This document shows positions 21,934 through 32,281 of a stretch of DNA of 64,000 nt, one piece after another (position 1 is the first letter of the stretch; every line of letters begins with the position of its first letter). The notes under the pieces are model-generated. The model was not told where the DNA came from. It saw only the letters and a list, made by a program, of their open reading frames with translations, and did not search any database. The position numbers and the translations under genes were made by a program. Source of the DNA: an uncultured Gammaproteobacteria bacterium (GTDB taxonomy: Bacteria; Patescibacteriota; Patescibacteriia; S139-126); the NCBI GenBank assembly GCA_964620905.1, contig CAZUKA010000001.1:583646-647645 (forward strand), given 5' to 3'.

Positions 21934-22539
21934 TCATATTTTTTCACTTTTGTCAATCAATAACTCTTCAGTAATTTCTTGCTCATCTAATTTTTTATCC
22001 CTGATATAAAAACTTTTTGTTTGATAATACTCCTCTGGTTTACTAGACTGAGTAAGATAAGCATTGATAAAATCAGGATATTTTTTTTGACAATCGTCGA
22101 AGTTTAATTCTTCTGCCCCAATTTGTTGCAAAATTCTAGCTATCACTGGGTTGTCGGTCTTAGCAATCAAACGCGGGTTGGTCTTTTCAATATACATACG
22201 TAATTTTTCAATAAACTCTAAAAATAATTTTTTATCTTGCCAAGTCGCAGCTTTAGCATCTTTGATAGACAAACCACCCAATCTGTATATTTGATCGTCC
22301 GCGTCAGCTTTTTCCAATAAGGGTTTCTTATAAGCAGAAGCTATTATTTCTCCGTCTCTTTCAAAAATAAAAAAATTATCATTGTTTAATAATTCTTTTA
22401 TTTCTTCTTCGGATTGTTCAGTTACATACTTGGCACAATTTCTCTCTAAATTAATAATTTCACGAACAACGTTATCTATTTCATTTTCATTTACCAACTT
22501 TTTTTTAATATCAGCACCTGTTTCAAAAAATTTTTTCAT
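21934..22539 (-). CDS. hypothetical protein, possible GNAT-like fold
   Basis: FFIFERDGEIIASA...YRLGGL resembles GNAT beta strands. Confidence 0.45.
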   Translation of the reverse strand: MKKFFETGADIKKKLVNENEIDNVVREIINLERNCAKYVTEQSEEEIKELLNNDNFFIFERDGEIIASAYKKPLLEKADADDQIYRLGGLSIKDAKAATWQDKKLFLEFIEKLRMYIEKTNPRLIAKTDNPVIARILQQIGAEELNFDDCQKKYPDFINAYLTQSSKPEEYYQTKSFYIRDKKLDEQEITEELLIDKSEKI

Positions 22540-22617
22540 AATTTACATTATTTATTCAGTTAGACATTTAAGTGTTTATAAAAAACATACCAACCACCGA
22601 TTAATTTTACTTAAAAA

Positions 22618-23259
22618 TTATAAATTTCTAATATAAGTAAGTGTAATATCATTCAAGGAGGTGACTAAATTCTTGGTCGGATAATCTTTGTTTTTATCCA
22701 TCACCAGACCAATACATTTCATTCCCGCAGCCACAGCTGCTCTCATACCACTAAACCCATCTTCAATCACCAAACATTGTGCAGGGGGAATTTTTATTTG
22801 TTCCGCGGCCAATAAAAAAATATCTGGGGCGGGTTTGCCTTTTTTAACCATCTCACTACTCACCACACTGGTAAAATAACTAGCAATAAATAAACGTTGC
22901 AAAACTTTATTTATATAATCTAAATCCGAGGCTGACGCCACTGCGAGATAAAAACCTTCCTCAAATAACCTCTTGATCAGATCAACCGAACCAGCAACTG
23001 CCGTAATATTTTCATTTGCCAAACTGGCCATTCGTTTCCATTTTTCTAGCATCAACTTATCCAAATCATACTTTTGCTCTTGCCTGGCTAAAAGATCAGC
23101 AAAAAAATCTCTGGTCCTCACTCCTGAATATTTGGCAGTAATTTCAGCCGGGGAAAGTTTGATACCATAACTTGCCAATAACTCTGACTCAACTTGGGAA
23201 TGTAGTTTTTGGGTGTCAGAGATTACCCCATCCATATCAAATATAATACCTTTAATCAT
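22618..23259 (-). CDS. HAD-family phosphatase (beta-PGM-like)
   Basis: FDMDGV, KPAPDIFL, VIEDG; start adjusted to MIKGIIFD. Confidence 0.9.
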   Translation of the reverse strand: MIKGIIFDMDGVISDTQKLHSQVESELLASYGIKLSPAEITAKYSGVRTRDFFADLLARQEQKYDLDKLMLEKWKRMASLANENITAVAGSVDLIKRLFEEGFYLAVASASDLDYINKVLQRLFIASYFTSVVSSEMVKKGKPAPDIFLLAAEQIKIPPAQCLVIEDGFSGMRAAVAAGMKCIGLVMDKNKDYPTKNLVTSLNDITLTYIRNL

Positions 23260-23378
23260 AATTGAAACTTTATTTGTTAAATAAATATTAATTGTCGGAT
23301 ACAACAGACGTTGTTATAATTTCATTATACCTCTCTACCTTACACTAATAAACCGATTTTCCAAATAGCAAATATCTT

Positions 23379-24800
23379 ATGATCGCCAACCCTCAATCAA
23401 TCGCCAAAAACTCCCTTTGGCATCTGGGTGCCAAAACCTTGGGGATAATACTAGGAATAATTACTATTGCTTTGTTAACTCGTTATTTAGGCACAGCTGG
23501 ATTTGGTACTTATGCTACTGCACTGGCCTGGCTACAATTTTTTGGAATTTTAGTAGATTTTGGTTTGTATCTAGTGTTGCTATCTGAACTGGGAAAGACT
23601 GACGAAACAATTAAACAAGAAAAAATTGCTGGCAACATTATGGCTTTACGACTGTTGTCGGCTGGTTTGATTTTACTGTTAAGTCTTGGTTTGGCTTGGC
23701 TCATGCCTTATACCACTTTGACTAAACTGACTATCACCTTCCTAGCGGGATCGTTTTTTTGCCAACTAATAAACCAGGTTCTAACCGGTATTTTCCAAAA
23801 ACACTTGGCTATGACTCGAGGCGCTGGGGTAGAAATTGCCAGTAAACTTTTTACTTTGCTATTTATTTTATTGGCTATTTGGCAACACTGGGGTTTACTG
23901 CTAATTGCCCTGCTTATCACCCTAGCCAATATTATTGGCACTGCTTTTATCTGGCAGCTGAGTAAAAAATATATTAAATTGCAGCCTCAATTTGACCTTG
24001 CTTACCAGAAAAAAATCATTACCTTAGCTTGGCCTTTGGCACTAGCTACCATCTTCAATCTGTTTTATTTCAAAACTGACACAATTATCTTGTCTATTTT
24101 TCATCCCGCCGAGGTCGTCGGGCTTTATGCTGCGCCTTACCGCATTTTGGAAGTATTGATATCACTTCCCCCTATTTTTCTTGGACTGCTACTACCACAG
24201 CTGACTAAATTCTACCAATCCAACAAAGAATCTTTTGTACAACAAATCAAAATCGCTTTGGATATTTTCCACGCTTTCTTAATTCCTTTGGTAGTGGGCG
24301 GAATTATTTTAGCCAAACCACTAATCACTCTGCTAGCTGGTTCCACTTTTAGCCAGGCTGATTATCTCTTACAAATTTTACTGCTGGCTACGGCTTTTAT
24401 TTTTTACACTCAACTATTTACTTATATCATTGTGGCGATTGGCCAACAAAAAAATATCCTCTGGGTAGCCCTCAGTGCTTCGCTATTGGCTTTACTGATT
24501 TATTTTATATTTATCCCGACTTACGGAGCCCTAGCGGCTGCCCTCTGCACTGTGGTGATTGAAGGACTGGTTTTGCTAGGTTATATTGGACTAGTAAAAA
24601 AACAAACTGGATTAGTTTTGTCTTCAATAAATTTTGGAAAAATTCTCCTGGCTAGTTTACTGATGGGGATAGTTACTTATTGGGGAAAAGACTGGCCAGT
24701 ACTTATAAATATAACCATCAGTGCCCTGATTTATTTACTGATTATCAAATACTTTAAAGTCTTGGCGCTGGAAAAAATTAAAGCTATAGTAAAAACATGA
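23379..24800 (+). CDS. Wzx-type polysaccharide flippase
   Basis: 12-14 TM; RYLG..GFG, DFGL, DTIILS..VGLYAAPYR. Confidence 0.88.
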   Translation: MIANPQSIAKNSLWHLGAKTLGIILGIITIALLTRYLGTAGFGTYATALAWLQFFGILVDFGLYLVLLSELGKTDETIKQEKIAGNIMALRLLSAGLILLLSLGLAWLMPYTTLTKLTITFLAGSFFCQLINQVLTGIFQKHLAMTRGAGVEIASKLFTLLFILLAIWQHWGLLLIALLITLANIIGTAFIWQLSKKYIKLQPQFDLAYQKKIITLAWPLALATIFNLFYFKTDTIILSIFHPAEVVGLYAAPYRILEVLISLPPIFLGLLLPQLTKFYQSNKESFVQQIKIALDIFHAFLIPLVVGGIILAKPLITLLAGSTFSQADYLLQILLLATAFIFYTQLFTYIIVAIGQQKNILWVALSASLLALLIYFIFIPTYGALAAALCTVVIEGLVLLGYIGLVKKQTGLVLSSINFGKILLASLLMGIVTYWGKDWPVLINITISALIYLLIIKYFKVLALEKIKAIVKT

Positions 24801-26077
24801 CTATCACTTTTTATCTAAGTCTGATTTTTTTTACTATTATTGCCACACTAAATTTGCGCTGGGCCTGGTGGTTGCTGGTGGCGTTACTGCCTGCTTATTT
24901 ACTGCGGGAACAAATCTGGTTTATACCTACCACCTGGCTGGAACTTGGCATTTACCTTTTATTTGTGGTAAATATTTTCAAACTCTGGCGACAAAAAATA
25001 TTAGTTTCAGAAATAAAAAATCTCTGGATCAACTACCGTTTCTTATGGTTTGGTATGATAATTTGGTTTTTGGCAGCACTGCTAGCTACCATTACCTCAC
25101 CTGACTTGCGTCTGTCAGCCGGGGTGCTGAAGGGGTGGTGGTTTGATCCGATGCTACTAATCATCACTAGTCTAACCTTACTCCGACGCAAAAAAGATTT
25201 GTCTTTTATTCTGCTAGCATTACTCAGTAGTGGTGCTTGGGTAGCAACTTGGGGACTAGTGGAATATGTTGTTAATTTTGGCATGCAGGCTGACGGTCTA
25301 CTTAATTCTGTTTTCAAACCAGCCAACTATGTTGCTATGCTGGTAGTACCGACAATACTTTTGGGTTGGGGAGTATTAAAAAATTCTCCTACTCAAAAAC
25401 ACAAATTGCTAACCAGTTTATCAATCAGCCTGCAACTGGTAGCGCTGTGGTATACCAAATCCTATGGCGGTTTTTTGGGACTACTAGCGGGAGTAATTAT
25501 TTTACTTTTTTTTATTACCTCACGATCTGTTAAAAAAATTGCTCTTATTATTTTTCTGCTGGTACTGCTGTTCGGGACTGTGGCAGTGGCTAGTCAAACC
25601 AAATTCCAAAATATAATCCAAGCTACCGAGCGCAATTCCTTGACCACCAGATTGCAAATTTGGGAAATTTCTTGGGAACTAGTCAAACAACGGCCTATTT
25701 TGGGCGTGGGCTTGGGAAATTTTTATCAACCTTACCGCGCCCAAGCTTTTGCTATGTATAGTCCACCCTTAGAATGGGAAGTAGTTAAAGCTCACAATCT
25801 GTTTTTAAATTTATGGTTGGAAGTAGGGCTGGTTGGACTTATTAGTTTTATTTTTTTGTTGCTAATTTATTTCCGACAGTTTATTTATTTACTCCAACAA
25901 TCTTTACCAAAATGGGAATGGTGGTATCTGGCTGCCAGTTTTTCAGCTTTGGTTGCTACCCTGACGCACGGGCTGTTGGATACTCCTTATTTTAAAAATG
26001 ATTTGTCAATTTTATTTTATTTTATTTTGATAATTCCATTTGTTCTTAGTTATTTTAAAAAAAACTCCATTGACTAA
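24797..26077 (+). CDS. O-antigen ligase / O-oligosaccharyltransferase family (Wzy_C)
   Basis: TKSYGG, RLQIW, PILGVGLGNF, AHNLFL..WLEVG. Confidence 0.88.
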   Translation: MTITFYLSLIFFTIIATLNLRWAWWLLVALLPAYLLREQIWFIPTTWLELGIYLLFVVNIFKLWRQKILVSEIKNLWINYRFLWFGMIIWFLAALLATITSPDLRLSAGVLKGWWFDPMLLIITSLTLLRRKKDLSFILLALLSSGAWVATWGLVEYVVNFGMQADGLLNSVFKPANYVAMLVVPTILLGWGVLKNSPTQKHKLLTSLSISLQLVALWYTKSYGGFLGLLAGVIILLFFITSRSVKKIALIIFLLVLLFGTVAVASQTKFQNIIQATERNSLTTRLQIWEISWELVKQRPILGVGLGNFYQPYRAQAFAMYSPPLEWEVVKAHNLFLNLWLEVGLVGLISFIFLLLIYFRQFIYLLQQSLPKWEWWYLAASFSALVATLTHGLLDTPYFKNDLSILFYFILIIPFVLSYFKKNSID

Positions 26078-26153
26078 AACCAAAAAACATGCTATAATAA
26101 ATATATAGTTAGCAAAAAAACCTCCAAAATTAGAGGTTTATAACAAAAACAAA

Positions 26154-26885
26154 ATGAAACCCGGCACCCAAAATTTAAATATTTTTTTTGTCTTGGCAGT
26201 GATTTTTATCAGTGCTTTTTTTATTGCCAAAATTAGTTGGGCCGGAAATTTTTTGGATAAATATTTTAGCCAAATTTATCTCAATACCAAAAATATCAGT
26301 TCCACCAATAAAACATCAGCCACCAACCAATTTGGAATTATCAGTTGGCTACCGGGCAGAGAATTTGAAATATTGCTACCCCCAAATAACACTCAACCAT
26401 TTTTTATACCAACCTCCACTGCTCCTACTTATCTACAAGAAAATATTGAAAAAAAGATTGCTCTACTGCAAGAGCCAACTCCTCAAGAAAAAACCCAGAC
26501 TATTGAAGCACTACTAATCGAACACAATTTACCAATTGCCATACTAAATGTCTGGCGTCCACGCACCTATTTAAAAATCCAAAATCTTACCAATCAAACC
26601 TGGACGCAAGCTGAAACCTATATCAAAAGTTCGGATCATCTGGGGGGTCTTAGCCATTTTCGTGATCAAACTTGGCTAGATTCTACTACGATCACCCACA
26701 TGACTGAACCAGTTGTCGCTAATGGGGAGATTGCCACGTTTGAATTTTTCTTGGATGGCCGGGGTACTGCTGATCGGGTATATGATCATAAATATGAACT
26801 AGTGGTGGGTGAAAAAACAATTTATTTGGAAAAAAAAGGTGCTTGGTATTGGTTAACCCGAGTTGACCCTTATGTTCCTTACTAG
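26154..26885 (+). CDS. secreted hypothetical protein (possible Ig-like C-terminal domain)
   Basis: Signal/TM; KIQNLTNQTW...VANGEIATFEF beta-sandwich pattern. Confidence 0.55.
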   Translation: MKPGTQNLNIFFVLAVIFISAFFIAKISWAGNFLDKYFSQIYLNTKNISSTNKTSATNQFGIISWLPGREFEILLPPNNTQPFFIPTSTAPTYLQENIEKKIALLQEPTPQEKTQTIEALLIEHNLPIAILNVWRPRTYLKIQNLTNQTWTQAETYIKSSDHLGGLSHFRDQTWLDSTTITHMTEPVVANGEIATFEFFLDGRGTADRVYDHKYELVVGEKTIYLEKKGAWYWLTRVDPYVPY

Positions 26886-27006
26886 TGCGTCAAGGTTGAA
26901 GGCTATTTTCTGGCTTTCAACCTTGCCGAATTAGGCATATTCGGCATGGGGAAAACAAAGTCCGCCTCTACTGGGGGCGGGCTTTTGTATTGATATTTAA
27001 CTATTT

Positions 27007-27549
27007 TTATTCAGCAAACACAGCCGCAGTAATCACACTGGTCCATAAACCATCTTTGTTGCCTTCGGCTGACTGACAGATATGATTGGTTTTAAAAATA
27101 TGACCGCTAGCTTTGTAAATTTGTTCGCGTTCATCCCAACTTTTATCCGGATCAAACTCAACTCCCAAAGTGGTAGCCAACATCGTAGCGGCTAGATCTT
27201 CGGCATATTCGCCTGATTTTTTTGCCACCTCCCCGTAAGTATGATGCTCTGACAAATAACCATAATTGTTAGTGTCTTTGGGAATGGCAATACCCACCGA
27301 AGCTGAGATCAGACGATTGGGTTCATTGGTGTCGCTTCTGGCCATAACACAAAAAGTAACTTGCCCCGGTTGCAATAATTTCAAACCCTCATCTTTGGAA
27401 ATAATTTTCGCATTGGGTGGAAAAATACTAGACACCATCACCAAGTTGCACTTTTCAATACCAGCATCCCGCAGCGCTAACTCAAAGGATGCTAGGCGAT
27501 CTTTGTGCACGCCTAATCCTTTGGTAAAAAATATTTTCTTTGGTACCAT
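27007..27549 (-). CDS. pyruvoyl-dependent arginine decarboxylase
   Basis: [21 protein letters not shown] (Ser-Ser autocleavage site), [16 protein letters not shown]. Confidence 0.92.
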   Translation of the reverse strand: MVPKKIFFTKGLGVHKDRLASFELALRDAGIEKCNLVMVSSIFPPNAKIISKDEGLKLLQPGQVTFCVMARSDTNEPNRLISASVGIAIPKDTNNYGYLSEHHTYGEVAKKSGEYAEDLAATMLATTLGVEFDPDKSWDEREQIYKASGHIFKTNHICQSAEGNKDGLWTSVITAAVFAE

Positions 27550-27558
27550 GTTAGTTTA

Positions 27559-28056
27559 TTAATTGGTTCCCGTCACAATAGTCACGGTGGTTTCTTCACT
27601 ACTAGCCGTGATAGAAACGGTCACTGTCCGCTCACCTTTGGTAGCTGAAACCATAGCTGAATCTCCATAATCCATTTGTAAATTCAGTGTCCAGCCACTA
27701 TTTTTTAGTTCATTTTCATACTCAGTCTTAACCTCACCAACGGTTTTTTCCGTCGCCACTGACACTGAATAGCCATCATTATCAGCAACCTGCATTGCCG
27801 CCATAATCCGACCAGCAATTACATATATATCTTCCGGCCAATCAGCTGGCAAAGCTACATCTTCCCCAGCTTGATATGTACCCTGTTCGGTCTGGATGGT
27901 GACTTGATCATTTTGCAAATCTACCTCGGCGCGACCACCAACGTTTTGTTCAATCGCCCGTTCGGCCGTCTTTTCGGCCATTTTTTTGGTGCAACCGCCT
28001 AAAAATACTACGGCAAAAACCAACAGAGTGGCTAGCCAAATTTTTTTGTAAGACAT
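27559..28056 (-). CDS. lipoprotein, hypothetical
   Basis: LGGC lipobox; LPADWPEDI motif. Confidence 0.7.
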   Translation of the reverse strand: MSYKKIWLATLLVFAVVFLGGCTKKMAEKTAERAIEQNVGGRAEVDLQNDQVTIQTEQGTYQAGEDVALPADWPEDIYVIAGRIMAAMQVADNDGYSVSVATEKTVGEVKTEYENELKNSGWTLNLQMDYGDSAMVSATKGERTVTVSITASSEETTVTIVTGTN

Positions 28057-28161
28057 AATTTTTTGCTTAATTAATTAATTGCTAAGACAAGTACTATTAT
28101 ATACTTTTTTAAAAAAATAAAAAACAGCCCCGTCTCCCGACTAGGGGCTGTTTAAACAATT

Positions 28162-28644
28162 TTATTGAGCCAGATGAAAACCCATGCCTGGCCTGCCACG
28201 ATGTCCTTGCATTTTTCCAAAGAGACCGTTGCCTTGGTCTAAATTTTTTGGCTCATGAGCAAATACAAATTCCAATCTGGCATCTGCTTGAGCTTGGGTG
28301 ATGACACCCTGATCTACCAAGGCTTGAAGTCGCTCTTTTATATGGGCTTGTCTGATTTCTCGCATCCGCGTTTGAATGGCTGTTTCATCTAAACCCAATT
28401 CATCAATAATATCGCGTGGCGTTAGGCCTTTAGCCCAATAATCTTTTACTTGTTCTACTGTGATACCTAGTATCTCGGCTTCTTCCTTGAACCTTTGAGT
28501 TTGGTCAGTAGCGGTAGCAGCTGGATCAGCTTGCCCACGCCACCCGAATGTGCCGTGAGCTGAAGCTGCGGTTAAACCGCCCACACCCAATAACAAAGCC
28601 GGAATCATACCATAAAGTAAATATTTTTTCTGGAAAATTTTCAT
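28162..28644 (-). CDS. secreted helical protein, probable ECF target
   Basis: Signal peptide; AEILGIT, LVDQGVITQAQAD. Confidence 0.7.
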   Translation of the reverse strand: MKIFQKKYLLYGMIPALLLGVGGLTAASAHGTFGWRGQADPAATATDQTQRFKEEAEILGITVEQVKDYWAKGLTPRDIIDELGLDETAIQTRMREIRQAHIKERLQALVDQGVITQAQADARLEFVFAHEPKNLDQGNGLFGKMQGHRGRPGMGFHLAQ

Positions 28645-28705
28645 TGGCGTGAATTAATTATTAGTTAAAAATATTTATCAAGTTAACTTACATTTTCGCT
28701 AGCAC

Positions 28706-28738
28706 TTATTACTACAAATAAAAATAATAAATATTTCA
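28706..28738 (-). promoter_or_regulatory. putative ECF-sigma promoter (copy 2)
   Basis: TGAAATA-N14-TTGTAGTAATAA; same boxes and spacing as the element upstream of the ECF sigma gene. Confidence 0.75.
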
Positions 28739-28788
28739 CTTTTTAAAAACCCTCGCGGTTAGACGAGGGTTGATTGTTATTGATTATT

Positions 28789-29544
28789 TTATTTATGTCT
28801 GCCCCGACCAGTGGGATTATTATTCATTTTCTTAGGTAGCGGTAAGGGTTTGACAAACTCTCTGACTCCAAAGGCTTTGACCTGATTGTTTTGGCGTTCA
28901 CCAATCACCATTACCATATCACCCGGAGCAATATCTAAAGCAAAAGGCAAACGAGTGGTTGGGGTAATCTCAATCAGTAACACTTCTTCGGATAAATTCA
29001 ACATATCAAAACCATTAGTTGAGGTTGATAAAACTGTACCTCGATGAAAATCATCAGGATCACTAGATCGCAATATACCATACAATGGACCAGCCAGAGG
29101 CAAACCTTCTTCTGTTTCTGCTAGTTCCCATAAGCTTTGGTGCAGGGGTGTTTGGGCTACCACAAAACCACTTAAACCCAAAAAAACCACAATTCCTAAA
29201 ACCGAATATAGCAATGGCCGACGGTAAGCAAAAGAAAAGTGTTTAACCAACAGTTCCATCACCAACACAAACAAACCAATCAATAAAAGTATCATCCAGG
29301 GCAAAGAACCAAACAACAATCCCCAACCACGTAAGCCAAAAACTGGTGCTTGCCACAGGCCATTGGACCGCAAAATAAAAAATACAAAACTGAGCAAATA
29401 CAAAAGCAACAATCCTGCCAGCAGTAAACCACTGAGCAAAAATAAAGTCCGTAAGACAAAATGAAACTTAGGTTTAGCTTTGATGCTGCCTGATTTAATC
29501 TGTTTTAAAATTTGCTCTTTTAAATTGGTTTGATGATTGTCCAT
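28789..29544 (-). CDS. putative membrane anti-sigma factor
   Basis: 3 TM plus C-terminal OB-like extracytoplasmic domain; starts 3 bp after the ECF sigma stop. Confidence 0.65.
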   Translation of the reverse strand: MDNHQTNLKEQILKQIKSGSIKAKPKFHFVLRTLFLLSGLLLAGLLLLYLLSFVFFILRSNGLWQAPVFGLRGWGLLFGSLPWMILLLIGLFVLVMELLVKHFSFAYRRPLLYSVLGIVVFLGLSGFVVAQTPLHQSLWELAETEEGLPLAGPLYGILRSSDPDDFHRGTVLSTSTNGFDMLNLSEEVLLIEITPTTRLPFALDIAPGDMVMVIGERQNNQVKAFGVREFVKPLPLPKKMNNNPTGRGRHK

Positions 29545-29547
29545 ATA

Positions 29548-30108
29548 TTATATTTTTTGTTCCAATAATTTTTTCATTTTTCCCCGTCCTCGTTTCAATC
29601 GTACTCCCACCGTAGCTGGTGGTAGTTGCAAAATATCCGCGATTTGCTGATAATTCAGATCTTCAAAATAATACAGCACCAATACCTCACGGTATTTGGC
29701 ATCAATTTTATCCAAACATTTTTCCAACTGTTGTGCGGTTTCCTGTTTGGTAATCTCACTATCGGTTTGCTCGGAAGCTACCGGGTGAGGGAATAAACTG
29801 TCCGGATCGAAAAATGGCACGGGCTCTTTGCCCTTTTTCTTGATGGCGTTGATAAACTCATTGTGAGCGATGCGGTACAACCAAGAAGAAAATTTACGCG
29901 TAGCATCAAAAGAATAGATATTGATATAAGCTTTCAAAAATACTTCCTGCACTACATCTTCTGCCTCATCATAACCAAATAAAAATCGCCGCGCATAACG
30001 CTTCATCTTGTCCTCATAACGCTCCACTAGCACCCCAAAAGCGTCAGTAGCACCGGTTTGAACCTCGCGGACAATACTCTCATCACTGCTGGTAATTGCT
30101 TCCATCAT
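29548..30108 (-). CDS. ECF RNA polymerase sigma factor (SigW/RpoE-like)
   Basis: AEDVVQEVFLKAY, FSSWLYRIAHN, YQQIADIL..TVGVRLKRGR. Confidence 0.93.
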   Translation of the reverse strand: MMEAITSSDESIVREVQTGATDAFGVLVERYEDKMKRYARRFLFGYDEAEDVVQEVFLKAYINIYSFDATRKFSSWLYRIAHNEFINAIKKKGKEPVPFFDPDSLFPHPVASEQTDSEITKQETAQQLEKCLDKIDAKYREVLVLYYFEDLNYQQIADILQLPPATVGVRLKRGRGKMKKLLEQKI

Positions 30109-30111
30109 TGT

Positions 30112-30144
30112 TTATTACTACAACAAAATTTGCTTTTTATTTCA
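30112..30144 (-). promoter_or_regulatory. putative autoregulatory ECF-sigma promoter (copy 1)
   Basis: TGAAATA-N14-TTGTAGTAATAA ending 3 nt before the ATG (near-leaderless). Confidence 0.75.
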
Positions 30145-30180
30145 AGTCTAGACAAAAATTTAGCGGGCTATAAGATTAAA

Positions 30181-30391
30181 CTACCTCTGGAAAATTTTGT
30201 TCTTTGAAATATTAAGCTGTGTCTGTATATTACAGGCAGGACGCATAGTGCGTCATTTTTCCGCCAAGGATACTTTACTTATATATCTATAATTTAGAAA
30301 TAATTTAGATTGCAGATAATGTTGCTAACTTCGGGACGGCGACTATCCGGACAAGTAAAGAATATAAAAAAAATCCGTTTGGCGGATTTTT
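30181..30391 (+). ncRNA. candidate structured small RNA A
   Basis: TAGACA-16-TAAGAT upstream, boxA-like GTTCTTTGAAA, several hairpins, terminator AAAAATCCGTTTGGCGGATTTTT; no ORF of 60 aa or more. Confidence 0.4.
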
Positions 30392-30427
30392 ATTTGACAA
30401 AATTTACAAATATTTTATCATTAAATT

Positions 30428-30526
30428 ATCAACTTCTTTGCCAAAAAATTTCCTACTTAAAGTAGGCATCATAGCATACCTCCTTAATATGCCCTCTCCT
30501 CAAGGTGACCATCAGGTCACCTTTTT
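30428..30526 (+). ncRNA. candidate small RNA B
   Basis: TTGACA-16-TATCAT upstream; hairpins CCTACTTAAAGTAGG and GCATACCTCCTTAATATGC; terminator AAGGTGACCATCAGGTCACCTTTTT. Confidence 0.4.
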
Positions 30527-30611
30527 AAATTACTAATTAACAAAATTTTTAATTTTGTAATTTTGTAATTTTTAAAAATTTAGATTTATTTATAAAATTA
30601 AAAATTCTTTA

Positions 30612-30944
30612 TTACTTATTCTCAACCACATTGGGACACACCACTGTACATTTACTGTCTAAACATTTACTGATAAACGGACACCGGGACTGCATCATGT
30701 ATTCAGCCGGGGTGATACAATCAATATCCACTTGGCAATCAATGTCTAAAACTTCTTCAATTTTATAATCAGTATCGCTATAACCCACTGGCAGTTGGGT
30801 TTTTTCGTCAATCTGGGACTGACTTGGTGGTGTTTGTTGGACTTGGGAATTTTCTGATGTTACCAATAAATTTTTATAAATAATTAACCCAATAAAAATT
30901 CCAGCTAGAAAAAATACTAAACCAATGATTATTTTTTGTTTCAT
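30612..30944 (-). CDS. membrane-anchored Cys-rich hypothetical protein
   Basis: N-term TM; C-terminal domain with 6 Cys. Confidence 0.65.
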   Translation of the reverse strand: MKQKIIIGLVFFLAGIFIGLIIYKNLLVTSENSQVQQTPPSQSQIDEKTQLPVGYSDTDYKIEEVLDIDCQVDIDCITPAEYMMQSRCPFISKCLDSKCTVVCPNVVENK

Positions 30945-31060
30945 ATTTAAAAATTTATATTTATTTACAAAATTAAAAATTTAAAAATTACATAATTCAT
31001 TAGTAATTAGTAATTGATAATTAGCAATTACCCTTAATGCTCAATACTTGATACTTACTT

Positions 31061-32281
31061 CTACTTTTTACAGCTCTCCTCAATCATAAACTTCACTCTA
31101 TCTTTTTCCTGCTGTTGCCAAGTGCTAATCTGCCCTGCCAGTTGAGCTATCTCACTGTCAATTTCACCAAGCCTAGTTATCCTAACTGCTTCTCGAGCTT
31201 GGCTTTGTTGCAACGCTTGATCAATCACCCCTTTATTTAAATGTTGTTCTTTGAGAATATTTATTTCCTCAGCCGTCAGATCAGCTGAAGGAAAAACTTG
31301 TCCAGCTGAACTTTTCACCAGTTCTGTACCAGCTGCCACTGGATCTCCCAAACTGGCTACTGCTTCTAGTGCCGTATTGACGCTGACTGATTTTACTTTG
31401 CCCGTAATTTCACCGGTATCAATAGCTAGGGCTGAATCACTGGGCACCAATCCTTGTACTACTTGCACGCCTTTGGCTAAATCACCAATTGTTTCCACTC
31501 CTTCCAATAGTCCAGCATAACTTTTCCCCAAACCCCGACCACTATCAATGGTAGAATAAGTGATCCAACTCAAACGCCAAAATGATTTGAGCAGATTGGT
31601 TTTAATATTTTGTACCAAGGCCTGACGGTATTCTTCCAACACTTCTCTGGTGGCCTGATCAGCTGCTTGTTCTTCTTGCAAGTTGTATTTTTCTACTAGC
31701 AGTCCAATTCTTTTTTCTTCCAACTCATAAACTTGTTTGGCTTCCCAACTTCTATCTTCATAAGGAATCACATTATCAATATCCGAATACTTCAACCAAT
31801 CCTGGTCAAACATCTCTGCTTTGACTTGGCAGTTGCTATCAAGTAGTTCATTGTTGGTATTACTTAATTCGTTTCTAGCATCTTCTACTAATACATCACT
31901 CCCTTCTTCTCTGGCTACACACCCATCACCTTGTCTGACATACTCTTCCGCGCAATACGAACACTCATCTTTTTCAAAAATTCCTCCGTTTTGATCACAA
32001 CTAGCGGCAAATTCAGTCTGTAAACCTTTGACCCAATTGTCATACTGCCTTTGCACTTCTTTATTGGCCTTGGATTTGGACAGGCCAATGTCTTTACAAT
32101 AATCACCATGAAAAGCACATTTGCAATACCGAAAATCAATCTGTACACCACAAAACTCATCTTTGATGTCAGGTTTTTGAAATTTTTCTACTCGACCAAT
32201 TTTTCCCGAACCAAAAATACAACCCGTAGTGAAAAGAGTAACCATCAACAAGGCCACTAAGCTAAGTAATTTTTTTGTCAT
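31061..32281 (-). CDS. lipoprotein with Cys-rich N-domain and helical C-domain
   Basis: TTGC lipobox, multiple Cys, coiled-coil. Confidence 0.7.
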   Translation of the reverse strand: MTKKLLSLVALLMVTLFTTGCIFGSGKIGRVEKFQKPDIKDEFCGVQIDFRYCKCAFHGDYCKDIGLSKSKANKEVQRQYDNWVKGLQTEFAASCDQNGGIFEKDECSYCAEEYVRQGDGCVAREEGSDVLVEDARNELSNTNNELLDSNCQVKAEMFDQDWLKYSDIDNVIPYEDRSWEAKQVYELEEKRIGLLVEKYNLQEEQAADQATREVLEEYRQALVQNIKTNLLKSFWRLSWITYSTIDSGRGLGKSYAGLLEGVETIGDLAKGVQVVQGLVPSDSALAIDTGEITGKVKSVSVNTALEAVASLGDPVAAGTELVKSSAGQVFPSADLTAEEINILKEQHLNKGVIDQALQQSQAREAVRITRLGEIDSEIAQLAGQISTWQQQEKDRVKFMIEESCKK

